Positions 48,668 to 57,220 of a DNA stretch of 64,000 bases are shown in pieces. Positions within the stretch are counted from its first letter, which is position 1. The number at the start of each line of letters is the position of its first letter. The stretch covers positions 608,001-672,000 of the forward strand of contig CAVSHR010000002.1 of NCBI GenBank assembly GCA_963727625.1, read 5' to 3'. Source of the stretch: an uncultured delta proteobacterium (GTDB lineage Bacteria > Desulfobacterota > Binatia > UBA9968). Made by a program: the position numbers and the translations under genes. The notes under the pieces were generated by a model. It was not told the origin of the DNA and searched no databases. It worked only from the letters and a program-made list of their open reading frames with translations.

Positions 48668-48877
48668 TTACAATACCTGAAATCCGGCCTTCAGTGCCGC
48701 ACGTAAAAACTCGTCGATGTGCGATTGGCTTGGATCGAACTCGAGCACCGCGACGCTGCGTTCCAAGCTGAAGTCGATTTTGCCGACGCCGGGCAACGCT
48801 TGGAACGCCTGACGCAGTGTTGGCAGATCCTCCGTTTTAAGATTCGCGATCGACAGTATGGCGGTTTTTGTGCTCAT
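48668..48877 (-). CDS. HMA-fold-like small protein without CxxC
   Basis: ILSIANL...LPGV...VLEFDP...KAGF matches HMA topology; no cysteine. Confidence 0.6.
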   Translation of the reverse strand: MSTKTAILSIANLKTEDLPTLRQAFQALPGVGKIDFSLERSVAVLEFDPSQSHIDEFLRAALKAGFQVL

Positions 48878-49112
48878 CTTGCCTTGCTTGTTTTTAAATT
48901 TGACAAAACTTTCTTCAATTCGCAAATCCACGGCAACCCACCGCGGTTTACAATTTAATTTCACGCAAAATAATTTTCATCACGCGGCAATTTTCTTGAC
49001 CTGCACGGCCCGGATATGTGACAGTAATCCCGTCCATTCAATGCGGCGGTAATGACGGTGACGTACCGCACGACGCCTGTGAGAACAGCGGCGTTCGTAG
49101 GGAGGTGCTAAT

Positions 49113-49544
49113 ATGGCTTACGATGTGGATAAGCTTTTAACTATGTCGCAAACCGAGCTCGACGCTCTTTTCACCAATAGCCCGGTCGGCAATATCCCGG
49201 ATGGAGAAGCCGATGGCACGGCGATCGTTGCACCGGGAACAAATTTCAGCCCGACCATCGCCAAATTTGTCAGTACCTTTGCCTGGCAAGGAAAAGTTTT
49301 TGACGCAAAGAAAGGCGCCCTTAAAAATAGGATTCTTCCGTTCGGGCTCAACGCGATCATTGCCAAGGTCTATAAGGGGCCGAGTTGGCTCGACGGCAAA
49401 GAATGCATCGTCTTGGACTATTCGGATACTTCGATCATCGCCCAGTGGATTCGCGATGAAATCCGCGAAATCCAGCCTAAGCTGTACTTGGGAAAAGTTT
49501 ACTGGGAAAAAAAGCGCCTGATTGACTTTGCGTTGAAGTTCTAA
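49113..49544 (+). CDS. Hypothetical protein at the head of the cytochrome c/GMC cluster
   Basis: GGAGG SD; ELDALF, WQGKVF, LDGKECIVLDY, IRDEIREI, LYLGK. Confidence 0.75.
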   Translation: MAYDVDKLLTMSQTELDALFTNSPVGNIPDGEADGTAIVAPGTNFSPTIAKFVSTFAWQGKVFDAKKGALKNRILPFGLNAIIAKVYKGPSWLDGKECIVLDYSDTSIIAQWIRDEIREIQPKLYLGKVYWEKKRLIDFALKF

Positions 49545-49796
49545 TCGGCTCGCAAACTATCAAGCGGTCTGACGATTTGGTGCGGCCCGGAAGTGTGGTC
49601 GAGTGGTTTGCAGTTGCTGGTGTCGTGGATGTTGTTCGCTCCTCTTCTGCGTTCCGGAAAGCTTTCTTCCTCCCTTCTCAACCGTGAAACGGTGTGGTTT
49701 TAGCGAGCAAGGACCAAAGCACTCGGCTCAGAATGTTTTCTTTCCGGTTCTCGCGAGCGGGCTTTGGCCAGCGTCCTTGGCGGAGGTTGATGCCAG

Positions 49797-51311
49797 ATGA
49801 ATAGCAATAGTCAATTGTCGCGAGGTCAAAGGATTTTATACCGTATCGGTATTGTTGCGATCGTTGTGCTGGTGATCGCTTTGTCGGCCGGGGGATGGTT
49901 GTTGGGCCGTTTCGGCGCTGATCAAGCCGTGGAGTACAAGGATGATCTCGATCATTTCAAGTACGGCTCGCTCGGCAGCGAGCATGAGTTCGGCATGCCC
50001 TATTGGATTTGGCGCGCCTTGCCCGAGCTTTTTGCCGACAAGCTTCCCGGCCAAGGATTGGAGTCTGTGGGCTTTGTCTTCGAAAAGGGCAAGGTCTTGC
50101 CCGCCGGCATGTCGCAGCGCCGCTATCTGGGCTTCGATCTGGTTTGGTTGAACTGCGCGATTTGCCATACCGGCACCGTGCGCGAGACGCCGCAAAGCGA
50201 GCAGAAGGTCTATGCCGCCATGCCGGCCAATACATTCAATTTTCGCGCCTTCACTCGCTTTCTCTTCGCCATCGGTGCAGACCGACGCTTTACCCCGCGT
50301 GACATCATCCGTCAGATCAACGTCATTCGGCGGCGCGAAGGACTTGGTCGGTTGCCGCTGATAGATCGGTTGGTGTTCCGCTTCTACGCCATTTACTACA
50401 TGCGCGAGCGGCTGCTGACGCTGCGCGACCGCTTGGATTTCATCAAAGCGGAGCCGGAATGGGGTCCGGGTCGCGTCGATACTTTCAATCCGTTGAAAGC
50501 GTATTTCAACTTTCCGCCCGAGAAGCTCTCTAAACAGGAGCTCATTGGTACAACCGATTTCCCGTCGATCTGGAATCAGGGACAGCGCGAAACTCTGAAA
50601 ATGCATTTGCACTGGGATGGCAATAACGTATCGCTCGAAGAGCGCAATCGCAGCGCCGCCATGGGAACCGGCATTACGCCGCCCACCGGTGACCGGCAGA
50701 GCCTGAAGCGTGTCGCCGATTGGTTGCGCAAGCTTTCATCGCCGCCTTATCCGTTTGCGATCGACAAAAATCTCGCCGCCCAGGGCGTGCCGGTTTACAA
50801 AAAATACTGCGCCGAGTGCCATGGCGCCGACGGCAAGGACTTTCGCGGCGAATACGCCGGCAAAGTCGTGCCGATCGAAGAGATTGGCACGGACCGGCAT
50901 CGGCTGGACTCTTACACTTACGATGTCGCGGTGAATCAAAATATGATCTTCGCCGGCTATGGGGAGGAGCGCTTCAGCCACTTCCGTAAGACCTTTGGCT
51001 ACGCTAACAGCCCGTTGGACGGGCTATGGCTGCGGGCGCCCTACTTGCACAACGGTTCGGTGCCGACCCTGCGCGACCTGCTCGAGCCGAGTGATAAACG
51101 GCCGGTGAAATTTTACCGCGGCTACGATGTCTACGATCGGAAGAAAGTCGGTTTCGTATCCGATGTGGCTGAAGAAAAGGGGCGGAAGTATTTTCTTTAC
51201 GATACTGCAGAGCCGGGCAATGCCAACAAAGGCCATGAGGGTAAGCGCTACGGAACCGAGCTTTCGGCCGCGGCAAAGGACGCGCTCGTCGAGTATCTAA
51301 AGACTTTCTAA
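49797..51311 (+). CDS. Membrane-anchored di-heme cytochrome c, RoxA/MauG-like (paralog 1)
   Basis: N-terminal TM; FKYGSLG; CAICH and CAECH; GLWLRAPYLHNGSVPTL; ALVEYLKTF. Confidence 0.85.
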   Translation: MNSNSQLSRGQRILYRIGIVAIVVLVIALSAGGWLLGRFGADQAVEYKDDLDHFKYGSLGSEHEFGMPYWIWRALPELFADKLPGQGLESVGFVFEKGKVLPAGMSQRRYLGFDLVWLNCAICHTGTVRETPQSEQKVYAAMPANTFNFRAFTRFLFAIGADRRFTPRDIIRQINVIRRREGLGRLPLIDRLVFRFYAIYYMRERLLTLRDRLDFIKAEPEWGPGRVDTFNPLKAYFNFPPEKLSKQELIGTTDFPSIWNQGQRETLKMHLHWDGNNVSLEERNRSAAMGTGITPPTGDRQSLKRVADWLRKLSSPPYPFAIDKNLAAQGVPVYKKYCAECHGADGKDFRGEYAGKVVPIEEIGTDRHRLDSYTYDVAVNQNMIFAGYGEERFSHFRKTFGYANSPLDGLWLRAPYLHNGSVPTLRDLLEPSDKRPVKFYRGYDVYDRKKVGFVSDVAEEKGRKYFLYDTAEPGNANKGHEGKRYGTELSAAAKDALVEYLKTF

Positions 51312-51350
51312 TGAGCCGCTCCGCGCTGCCCAGCGACGGACGGAGGAACG

Positions 51351-52814
51351 ATGGCTGAAGCACAAAGAAAAAAATCCCGCTGGATAATCTATTTGCTCCT
51401 GTTGCTCATCCTGGCCGGTGTCGGCGGCGCCATCGGCTGGTATAAGTTCTTCCGCGCCGAGCCGCAGCCCGACTGGGTGACCGCGACGCCGGACATGCGC
51501 TTTAAATACGGCTCCATCGGCGCTGAGTACGACGCTGGCATTCCGTACTGGATTTTCTTTGTGCTGCCGCGCATGTTCCCGGAAAAATTACCCGGTCCCG
51601 GCGGCTATGCGTCGTTGGGCGTGGCCTGGGAACAAGGCCAAGAGCTGCCCATCGGCTTTACCAAGAAAACCATCGGCTTCCCTAGGGTCGCCAACAACTG
51701 CGCATCCTGCCACACGGCAAGCTATCGCAAGAGCCCCAATGACAATCCGGTGTTTGTGCCGACCGGGCCGAACCACACGCTCAACCTTCAGGCATTTTTT
51801 CGTTTCGTCGTCGATTGCGCTAGAGACCCGCGTTTCAACGCGGACGAGATCATGAGCGAGATCGCGCTCGTCTACAAATTGCCGCTGCTCGATCGGTTGA
51901 TTTACCGCTACCTGCTGATCCCGATCACGAAAAAGCGTTTGCTCGAACGGGAGAAGCAATTTCAATGGGTCTACCATAGAGACTTTCCGTTGTGGGGACG
52001 CGGTCGCGATGACGCCATGAACCTCACGAAATATTTTCTGCTCAACTGGCCGATGGATGACAGCATCGGCCCCACCGACATGCCCTCGGTGTGGAACCTA
52101 AAAAAATACAAACCGGAAAAGGGCATGCTGATGAATCTCGCCGGCGACAGCCACGATGCGCGCTCGGTGATCATCGACTCAGCGCTCGGCTTGCTCAGCG
52201 CTGCGCCGCACAATCGAGATGACTTCCTCAAAGAGATCGACTGGCTGGTCAAATATCTCAGCGAAAAGCAGGCTCCCAAGTATCCCTTTCCGATCAATCA
52301 ACAACAGGCCGGAGCGGGCAAGGCCGTGTTCGACGCCAACTGCGTCGGCTGCCATGCCAGCGAGCGCACCGGCAAGCGCGTGCCGGTCGATGAAGTGGGG
52401 ACCGATAAAGAGCGACTCAAGACCTGGAGCAAGAAGGCAGCCATCGAATCGAACAAGGTGGTGCGCAGCTTCGGCATCGAGCGGGCCGGCCTGGTGGAGA
52501 ACGAACCGAGCGGTTATATCGCGGCCTTCCTCGACGGCATCTGGCTGCGCGCACCCTATCTGCACAATGGCTCGGTGCCGACGTTGCGCGATCTGCTCCG
52601 GCCGGCCGCCGAGCGGCCCAAGGTATTTTACCGTGGCTATAACGTTTACGACCCGGCGGATGTCGGATTCGTGACCCAGGGCCCGGAGGCCGAGCGGGTC
52701 GGCACCAAATACGACGTAAGCGAGCGGGCCAGTGGTAATCAGGGACATGAATTCGGCGCGAATCTGCCGGCCAAAGACAAGGACGCGCTGATCGAATATT
52801 TGAAGACCCTGTGA
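51351..52814 (+). CDS. Membrane-anchored di-heme cytochrome c, RoxA/MauG-like (paralog 2)
   Basis: N-terminal TM; FKYGSIG; CASCH and CVGCH; GIWLRAPYLHNGSVPTL; ALIEYLKTL. Confidence 0.85.
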   Translation: MAEAQRKKSRWIIYLLLLLILAGVGGAIGWYKFFRAEPQPDWVTATPDMRFKYGSIGAEYDAGIPYWIFFVLPRMFPEKLPGPGGYASLGVAWEQGQELPIGFTKKTIGFPRVANNCASCHTASYRKSPNDNPVFVPTGPNHTLNLQAFFRFVVDCARDPRFNADEIMSEIALVYKLPLLDRLIYRYLLIPITKKRLLEREKQFQWVYHRDFPLWGRGRDDAMNLTKYFLLNWPMDDSIGPTDMPSVWNLKKYKPEKGMLMNLAGDSHDARSVIIDSALGLLSAAPHNRDDFLKEIDWLVKYLSEKQAPKYPFPINQQQAGAGKAVFDANCVGCHASERTGKRVPVDEVGTDKERLKTWSKKAAIESNKVVRSFGIERAGLVENEPSGYIAAFLDGIWLRAPYLHNGSVPTLRDLLRPAAERPKVFYRGYNVYDPADVGFVTQGPEAERVGTKYDVSERASGNQGHEFGANLPAKDKDALIEYLKTL

Positions 52815-52895
52815 CGCCGGAGAGCGTGTTTAGACCGTGAAAAGAGCGCGGCGTTCTGCTGGCGTGGCGGCGCCGGGTTTTGCGGAGGAACAAGA

Positions 52896-55292
52896 ATGAA
52901 GAGCTTTAGATTGGACAACCTTGCAATCTTTTTCGTCATCGTTTTTCTAGTTTTGGGGTGCGGCAAAAAATCGCCCGAGCCCGGCACAGTCAAGGACGAA
53001 GCGCTGATGGTGGGGCGCATGGCGGAGAGCTTTCCGGCGGCCGATGAGGACTATTTCAAAGACATGGATGGCGCGGTGGAACTCACCGCAAACGAAATCA
53101 AAGGAAGAAACAACTGGATCGTTTGGACCGGCGGCAACGATCGCTTCTGGGATTACCTGGGGAACAATAGCTTCGGCGCCTTGGATTTTTTGAAAACCCT
53201 CTCCTCTCATCCGAGCATCAAACACTACAGCCGGGACAACCGCTGGCGCTATCTCGGCCTGGTCAACGAGCCTTGCTTCGAGAAGGCCAAGGGGCCGCGC
53301 GCCGACCGCTTTGGACTTTGGCTCGACGCTCGCAGCAAAGATTGCCCGCCCGATCCTTTCGAGAACGAGCAAAAATATCCCGGCGTCAAGATCGGTGCGC
53401 GGGGTAAAAATATTGCGGCCGGCTCCTATTATGGCTACGCGAGCGGCGTCGTGGGATTGCGGCTTTTTCCAAATCCGGCTTTCGATGAGGCGGCGGCAAA
53501 AAAATGGGACCCGGAACGCTACTACAGCGATCCCAAATATTATAACGATAAGAATTTAGTCCGTCCCTACCGCGTCGGCATGTCCTGCGGCTTTTGTCAT
53601 GTCGGCCCGAGCCCGGTGAAGCCGCCTGCAGATCCGGAACATCCGAAGTGGGAGAATTTGAATTCCAATCCCGGCGCGCAATATTTTTGGGTGGATCGGG
53701 TGTTTTTCTGGGACAAGGACGACGCCAGTTTCGCCTTTCAGCTGTTCCATACTTCGTTGCCGGGAACGCTGGATACTTCATTCATCTCCACCGATTACAT
53801 CAACAATCCACGCACCATGAACGCGGTCTATAGCATTGGGCCGCGCTTGGGGCCGGCGCTGCGCTGGGGCAAGGAAAAACTTGCAGGAGGCGGTCTCAAA
53901 AATAAACAATTCCAAGATTTCAAACAAACCGCGGCATTGTCTCAGTTCTACCAAGCGCCGGACTCGGTATTCACGCCGCGCGTGCTCAAGGACGGCTCCG
54001 ATTCCGTCGGTATTCTCGGCGCGCTCAATCGCGTATTCATCAACATCGGGCTTTTCAGCGAAGAGTGGATTCTTCATTTCAACCCGCTGGTCGGCGGCAA
54101 GAAGATCACCCCGATCCGGATCGATGGTGCGGAGAAAAACTCCAGCTATTGGAATGCCACGGTGAATCAGACGGCCGACGTGGCTTTGTTTTTCCTCAAG
54201 ACCGCCAAGCCCGACCGGCTCAAGGACGCACCGGGAGGAGCAAAGTTTCTTAGCACGGACAAAGCGACGCTCAGCCGCGGCAAGATCGCGTTTGCGACTA
54301 CCTGCGCGCGCTGCCATTCGAGCAAGATTCCCGAGGCGCCGGCCAGCGTCGACGATTCCAACTGGGATCAATATTGGACCTGGACCAAAACCGACGACTT
54401 CAAAGACAAAATGAAAGCCATCGTGCTGGCCGACGATTTTCTCACCGACAATTATCTTTCCACCGAGCGCCGGATTTCCGTGACCCTGTTGCAGACCAAC
54501 GCGTGCAGCCCGCTGGCGACCAACGCCTTGGGCGGCAACATCTGGGATAATTTCTCGTCACAAACTTATAAAGATTTGCCGTCGGCCGGCAAAATGACGC
54601 TCTACAATCCGATCGACGGCGGCCCGTTCGAATACGAATTGCCGGCCGGTGGCCGGGGATACACGCGCGTGCCGTCGTTGATCAGTCTGTGGTCGACCGC
54701 GCCGTTCTTGTTGAATAACTCGGTAGGCAAGTTCAACTGGAGTCCTGCCGTCGACTCGCGCATGGAGTCGTTCAACGATGCAATCGAAAAAATGCTCTGG
54801 CCGGAAAAGCGCGACAAGGATCCGATTCTCGGCGATAAAGTTCCGGGATTCATCTATCGCACGACGGCGACGAGCTACATCAAGGCTCCCGCCGGCTACT
54901 TGCCGGCAGGCTTAGGAAAGCTTTTGAGTTGGGGTGATTGGCTGCACAATCTGTTGCCGTGGCTCTTCAGCGAAGGGATGGTCAAAATCGGCCCCATCCC
55001 CAAGGGAACACCGGTGAGTCTGTTGACCAACATCGATCTCGAGACCGACAAACTCGATCTCGCCAAACTCTTGCTCAAGATGAAAGAAGATCTCATTCGC
55101 GTCGAGGGCAAGAGCGAAGAAGAGGCGGCCCGGGTGTTCAAAAACCTGGTTCCCGATCTGCTCAAAGTGAGCAAGTGTCCAGATTACGTGGTGAACAAGG
55201 GGCATTACTTCGGCACGAGCCTCTTCAAGGAAGAGCCGCCGTTGAGCGACGACGATAAACACGCGCTGATCGAGTTCTTGAAGACTTTTTGA
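52896..55292 (+). CDS. Large di-heme cytochrome c lipoprotein, RoxA-like (paralog 3)
   Basis: VLGC lipobox; CGFCH and CARCH; SLWSTAPFLLNNSV; ALIEFLKTF. Confidence 0.82.
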   Translation: MKSFRLDNLAIFFVIVFLVLGCGKKSPEPGTVKDEALMVGRMAESFPAADEDYFKDMDGAVELTANEIKGRNNWIVWTGGNDRFWDYLGNNSFGALDFLKTLSSHPSIKHYSRDNRWRYLGLVNEPCFEKAKGPRADRFGLWLDARSKDCPPDPFENEQKYPGVKIGARGKNIAAGSYYGYASGVVGLRLFPNPAFDEAAAKKWDPERYYSDPKYYNDKNLVRPYRVGMSCGFCHVGPSPVKPPADPEHPKWENLNSNPGAQYFWVDRVFFWDKDDASFAFQLFHTSLPGTLDTSFISTDYINNPRTMNAVYSIGPRLGPALRWGKEKLAGGGLKNKQFQDFKQTAALSQFYQAPDSVFTPRVLKDGSDSVGILGALNRVFINIGLFSEEWILHFNPLVGGKKITPIRIDGAEKNSSYWNATVNQTADVALFFLKTAKPDRLKDAPGGAKFLSTDKATLSRGKIAFATTCARCHSSKIPEAPASVDDSNWDQYWTWTKTDDFKDKMKAIVLADDFLTDNYLSTERRISVTLLQTNACSPLATNALGGNIWDNFSSQTYKDLPSAGKMTLYNPIDGGPFEYELPAGGRGYTRVPSLISLWSTAPFLLNNSVGKFNWSPAVDSRMESFNDAIEKMLWPEKRDKDPILGDKVPGFIYRTTATSYIKAPAGYLPAGLGKLLSWGDWLHNLLPWLFSEGMVKIGPIPKGTPVSLLTNIDLETDKLDLAKLLLKMKEDLIRVEGKSEEEAARVFKNLVPDLLKVSKCPDYVVNKGHYFGTSLFKEEPPLSDDDKHALIEFLKTF

Positions 55293-55317
55293 CTGTCGCT
55301 CGGAAACATTCTGCGAA

Positions 55318-57174
55318 ATGTCTGACGCCGCCGCGCTCGCGCGCGAATACGAATACATCGTCGTCGGTTCGGGCGCGGGCGGCGGCACCTTGGCCGCACG
55401 CTTGGCCGAGGCCGGCCATTCGGTGCTGCTGCTCGAAGCCGGCGGCGACCCGCTAAGTTTGACCGGCGAGCGCCTGCCAGAAGACTATCAAGTTCCCGCC
55501 TTTCACGCCTTCGCTTCGGAAAATCCCGCCATGAAGTGGGATTTTTTCGTGCGCCATTACGACAACGAGGAGCGCCAGCGAAAAGACTCCAAGTACACGT
55601 CGGAACGACGCGGCGTGCTCTACCCGCGCGCGGGCACGCTGGGCGGCTGCACTGCGCACAACGCCATGATCCTGGTCTATCCGCACAACGCGGACTGGGA
55701 TTATATCGCGAAGCTCACCGGCGATTCGACGTGGCAAGCCACAAACATGCGCGGTTATTTTGAGCGACTCGAAGATTGCCGGCATCGCCCGCTGTATCGT
55801 TGGTTGAAAAAACTATTCTTCGTTAATCCGAGCGGTCACGGTTTCGCCGGTTGGTTGCCTGTGGAACGGCCGCGGCCGCCACGCAAAGCGTTGCGCGACC
55901 GGGAAATGATGGACGTGATCGAGCGCTCGGCCTTGGGCGCCATCGCCGAGCTGGAGCACCCGCTCAAGCGTTTCTTCTGGTTCCTCCGCGCCAAGGGCGA
56001 TCCCAACGACTGGCGCATCGTCCGGCGCAACGCCTTCGGCATTCGTTATGTGCCGCTGACGACTTCCAAGCATGAACGCACCGGCAGTCGCGAACGGCTG
56101 AAGGAGGTTTTGCGCCGCTGTCCCGATAAGCTGCGCATCGAGCTTGATGCGTTGGCAAGCCGGGTTTTATTCGATGCCAATAATCGCGCCGTCGGCGTCG
56201 AGTATCTCAAAGGTGAAAATCTCTATCGCGCCCACGCCAACCCGGCAGCGGACCCGGGCGATCGGAGAGAGGCGCGAGCGTCGCGAGAGGTGATTCTCTC
56301 TGGCGGCGCGTTCAACACGCCGCAGTTGCTCAAGCTTTCCGGCGTTGGCCCGCGCCGGGAGTTGGAACAACATGGTATCGCAGTGCGCGTGGATCTGCCG
56401 GGTGTTGGCGCCAATCTCCAGGACCGCTACGAAGTAAGCGTGGTTTACCGCATGCGCGACGCATGGGACTTTATGAAGGACGCCGAATTCCGTAAAGGCG
56501 ACGCCTGTTTCCGGGAATGGGAAAGATCACGCCAAGGAGTTTATGCCACCAACGGCGGCATGTTCGCCGTGCTCAAGAAGTCGCGCCCGGAGCGAAACTT
56601 GCCGGATTTGTTCTGTCTGAGCTTATTGACCCGTTTCGAGGGTTATTTTCCGGGCTATTCAAATCTCATTGCGGAGAACCAAAGCTATCTCAGTTGGATC
56701 ATTCTAAAAGCTCACACGGAGAACAACGCCGGTACGGTGACATTACAATCCGCCGATCCGCGCGACCCCCCGCGCATCAGCTTTCGGTACTTCGACGAAG
56801 GCAGCGACAAACCCGGAGGAGATCTCGACGCTGTCGTCGACGGTGTGAAATTTGTGCGACGGATCAGCTCGGATTTAGTGCAAAGCGGGCATATCGCCGA
56901 GGAGCACTTGCCTGGCGCTCAGGCGCAAACCGACGAGCAGCTCCGGGATTTCGCCCGTCACAACGCTTGGGGTCATCACGCCTCATGCACCTGCCCGATC
57001 GGCGCCAAAGAGAAGGGCGGCGTCTTGAGCAGCGATTTTCGCGTGCATGGAACCCAGGGACTGCGCGTCGTTGACGCCTCCGTATTTCCGCGAATTCCGG
57101 GGTATTTTATCGTTAGTGCGGTGTACATGATCGGCGAAAAAGCCGCTGACGTGATCCTCGCCGACGCAAAGTAG
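55318..57174 (+). CDS. GMC family FAD oxidoreductase
   Basis: GSGAGGG, RAGTLGGCTAHNAM, GGAFNTPQLLKLSG, GANLQD, HHASCT, LRVVDAS. Confidence 0.92.
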   Translation: MSDAAALAREYEYIVVGSGAGGGTLAARLAEAGHSVLLLEAGGDPLSLTGERLPEDYQVPAFHAFASENPAMKWDFFVRHYDNEERQRKDSKYTSERRGVLYPRAGTLGGCTAHNAMILVYPHNADWDYIAKLTGDSTWQATNMRGYFERLEDCRHRPLYRWLKKLFFVNPSGHGFAGWLPVERPRPPRKALRDREMMDVIERSALGAIAELEHPLKRFFWFLRAKGDPNDWRIVRRNAFGIRYVPLTTSKHERTGSRERLKEVLRRCPDKLRIELDALASRVLFDANNRAVGVEYLKGENLYRAHANPAADPGDRREARASREVILSGGAFNTPQLLKLSGVGPRRELEQHGIAVRVDLPGVGANLQDRYEVSVVYRMRDAWDFMKDAEFRKGDACFREWERSRQGVYATNGGMFAVLKKSRPERNLPDLFCLSLLTRFEGYFPGYSNLIAENQSYLSWIILKAHTENNAGTVTLQSADPRDPPRISFRYFDEGSDKPGGDLDAVVDGVKFVRRISSDLVQSGHIAEEHLPGAQAQTDEQLRDFARHNAWGHHASCTCPIGAKEKGGVLSSDFRVHGTQGLRVVDASVFPRIPGYFIVSAVYMIGEKAADVILADAK

Positions 57175-57220
57175 TCAAAGCTAGAAGCGCTTGTGCATGA
57201 GTCACCGTCTCATCAATACA

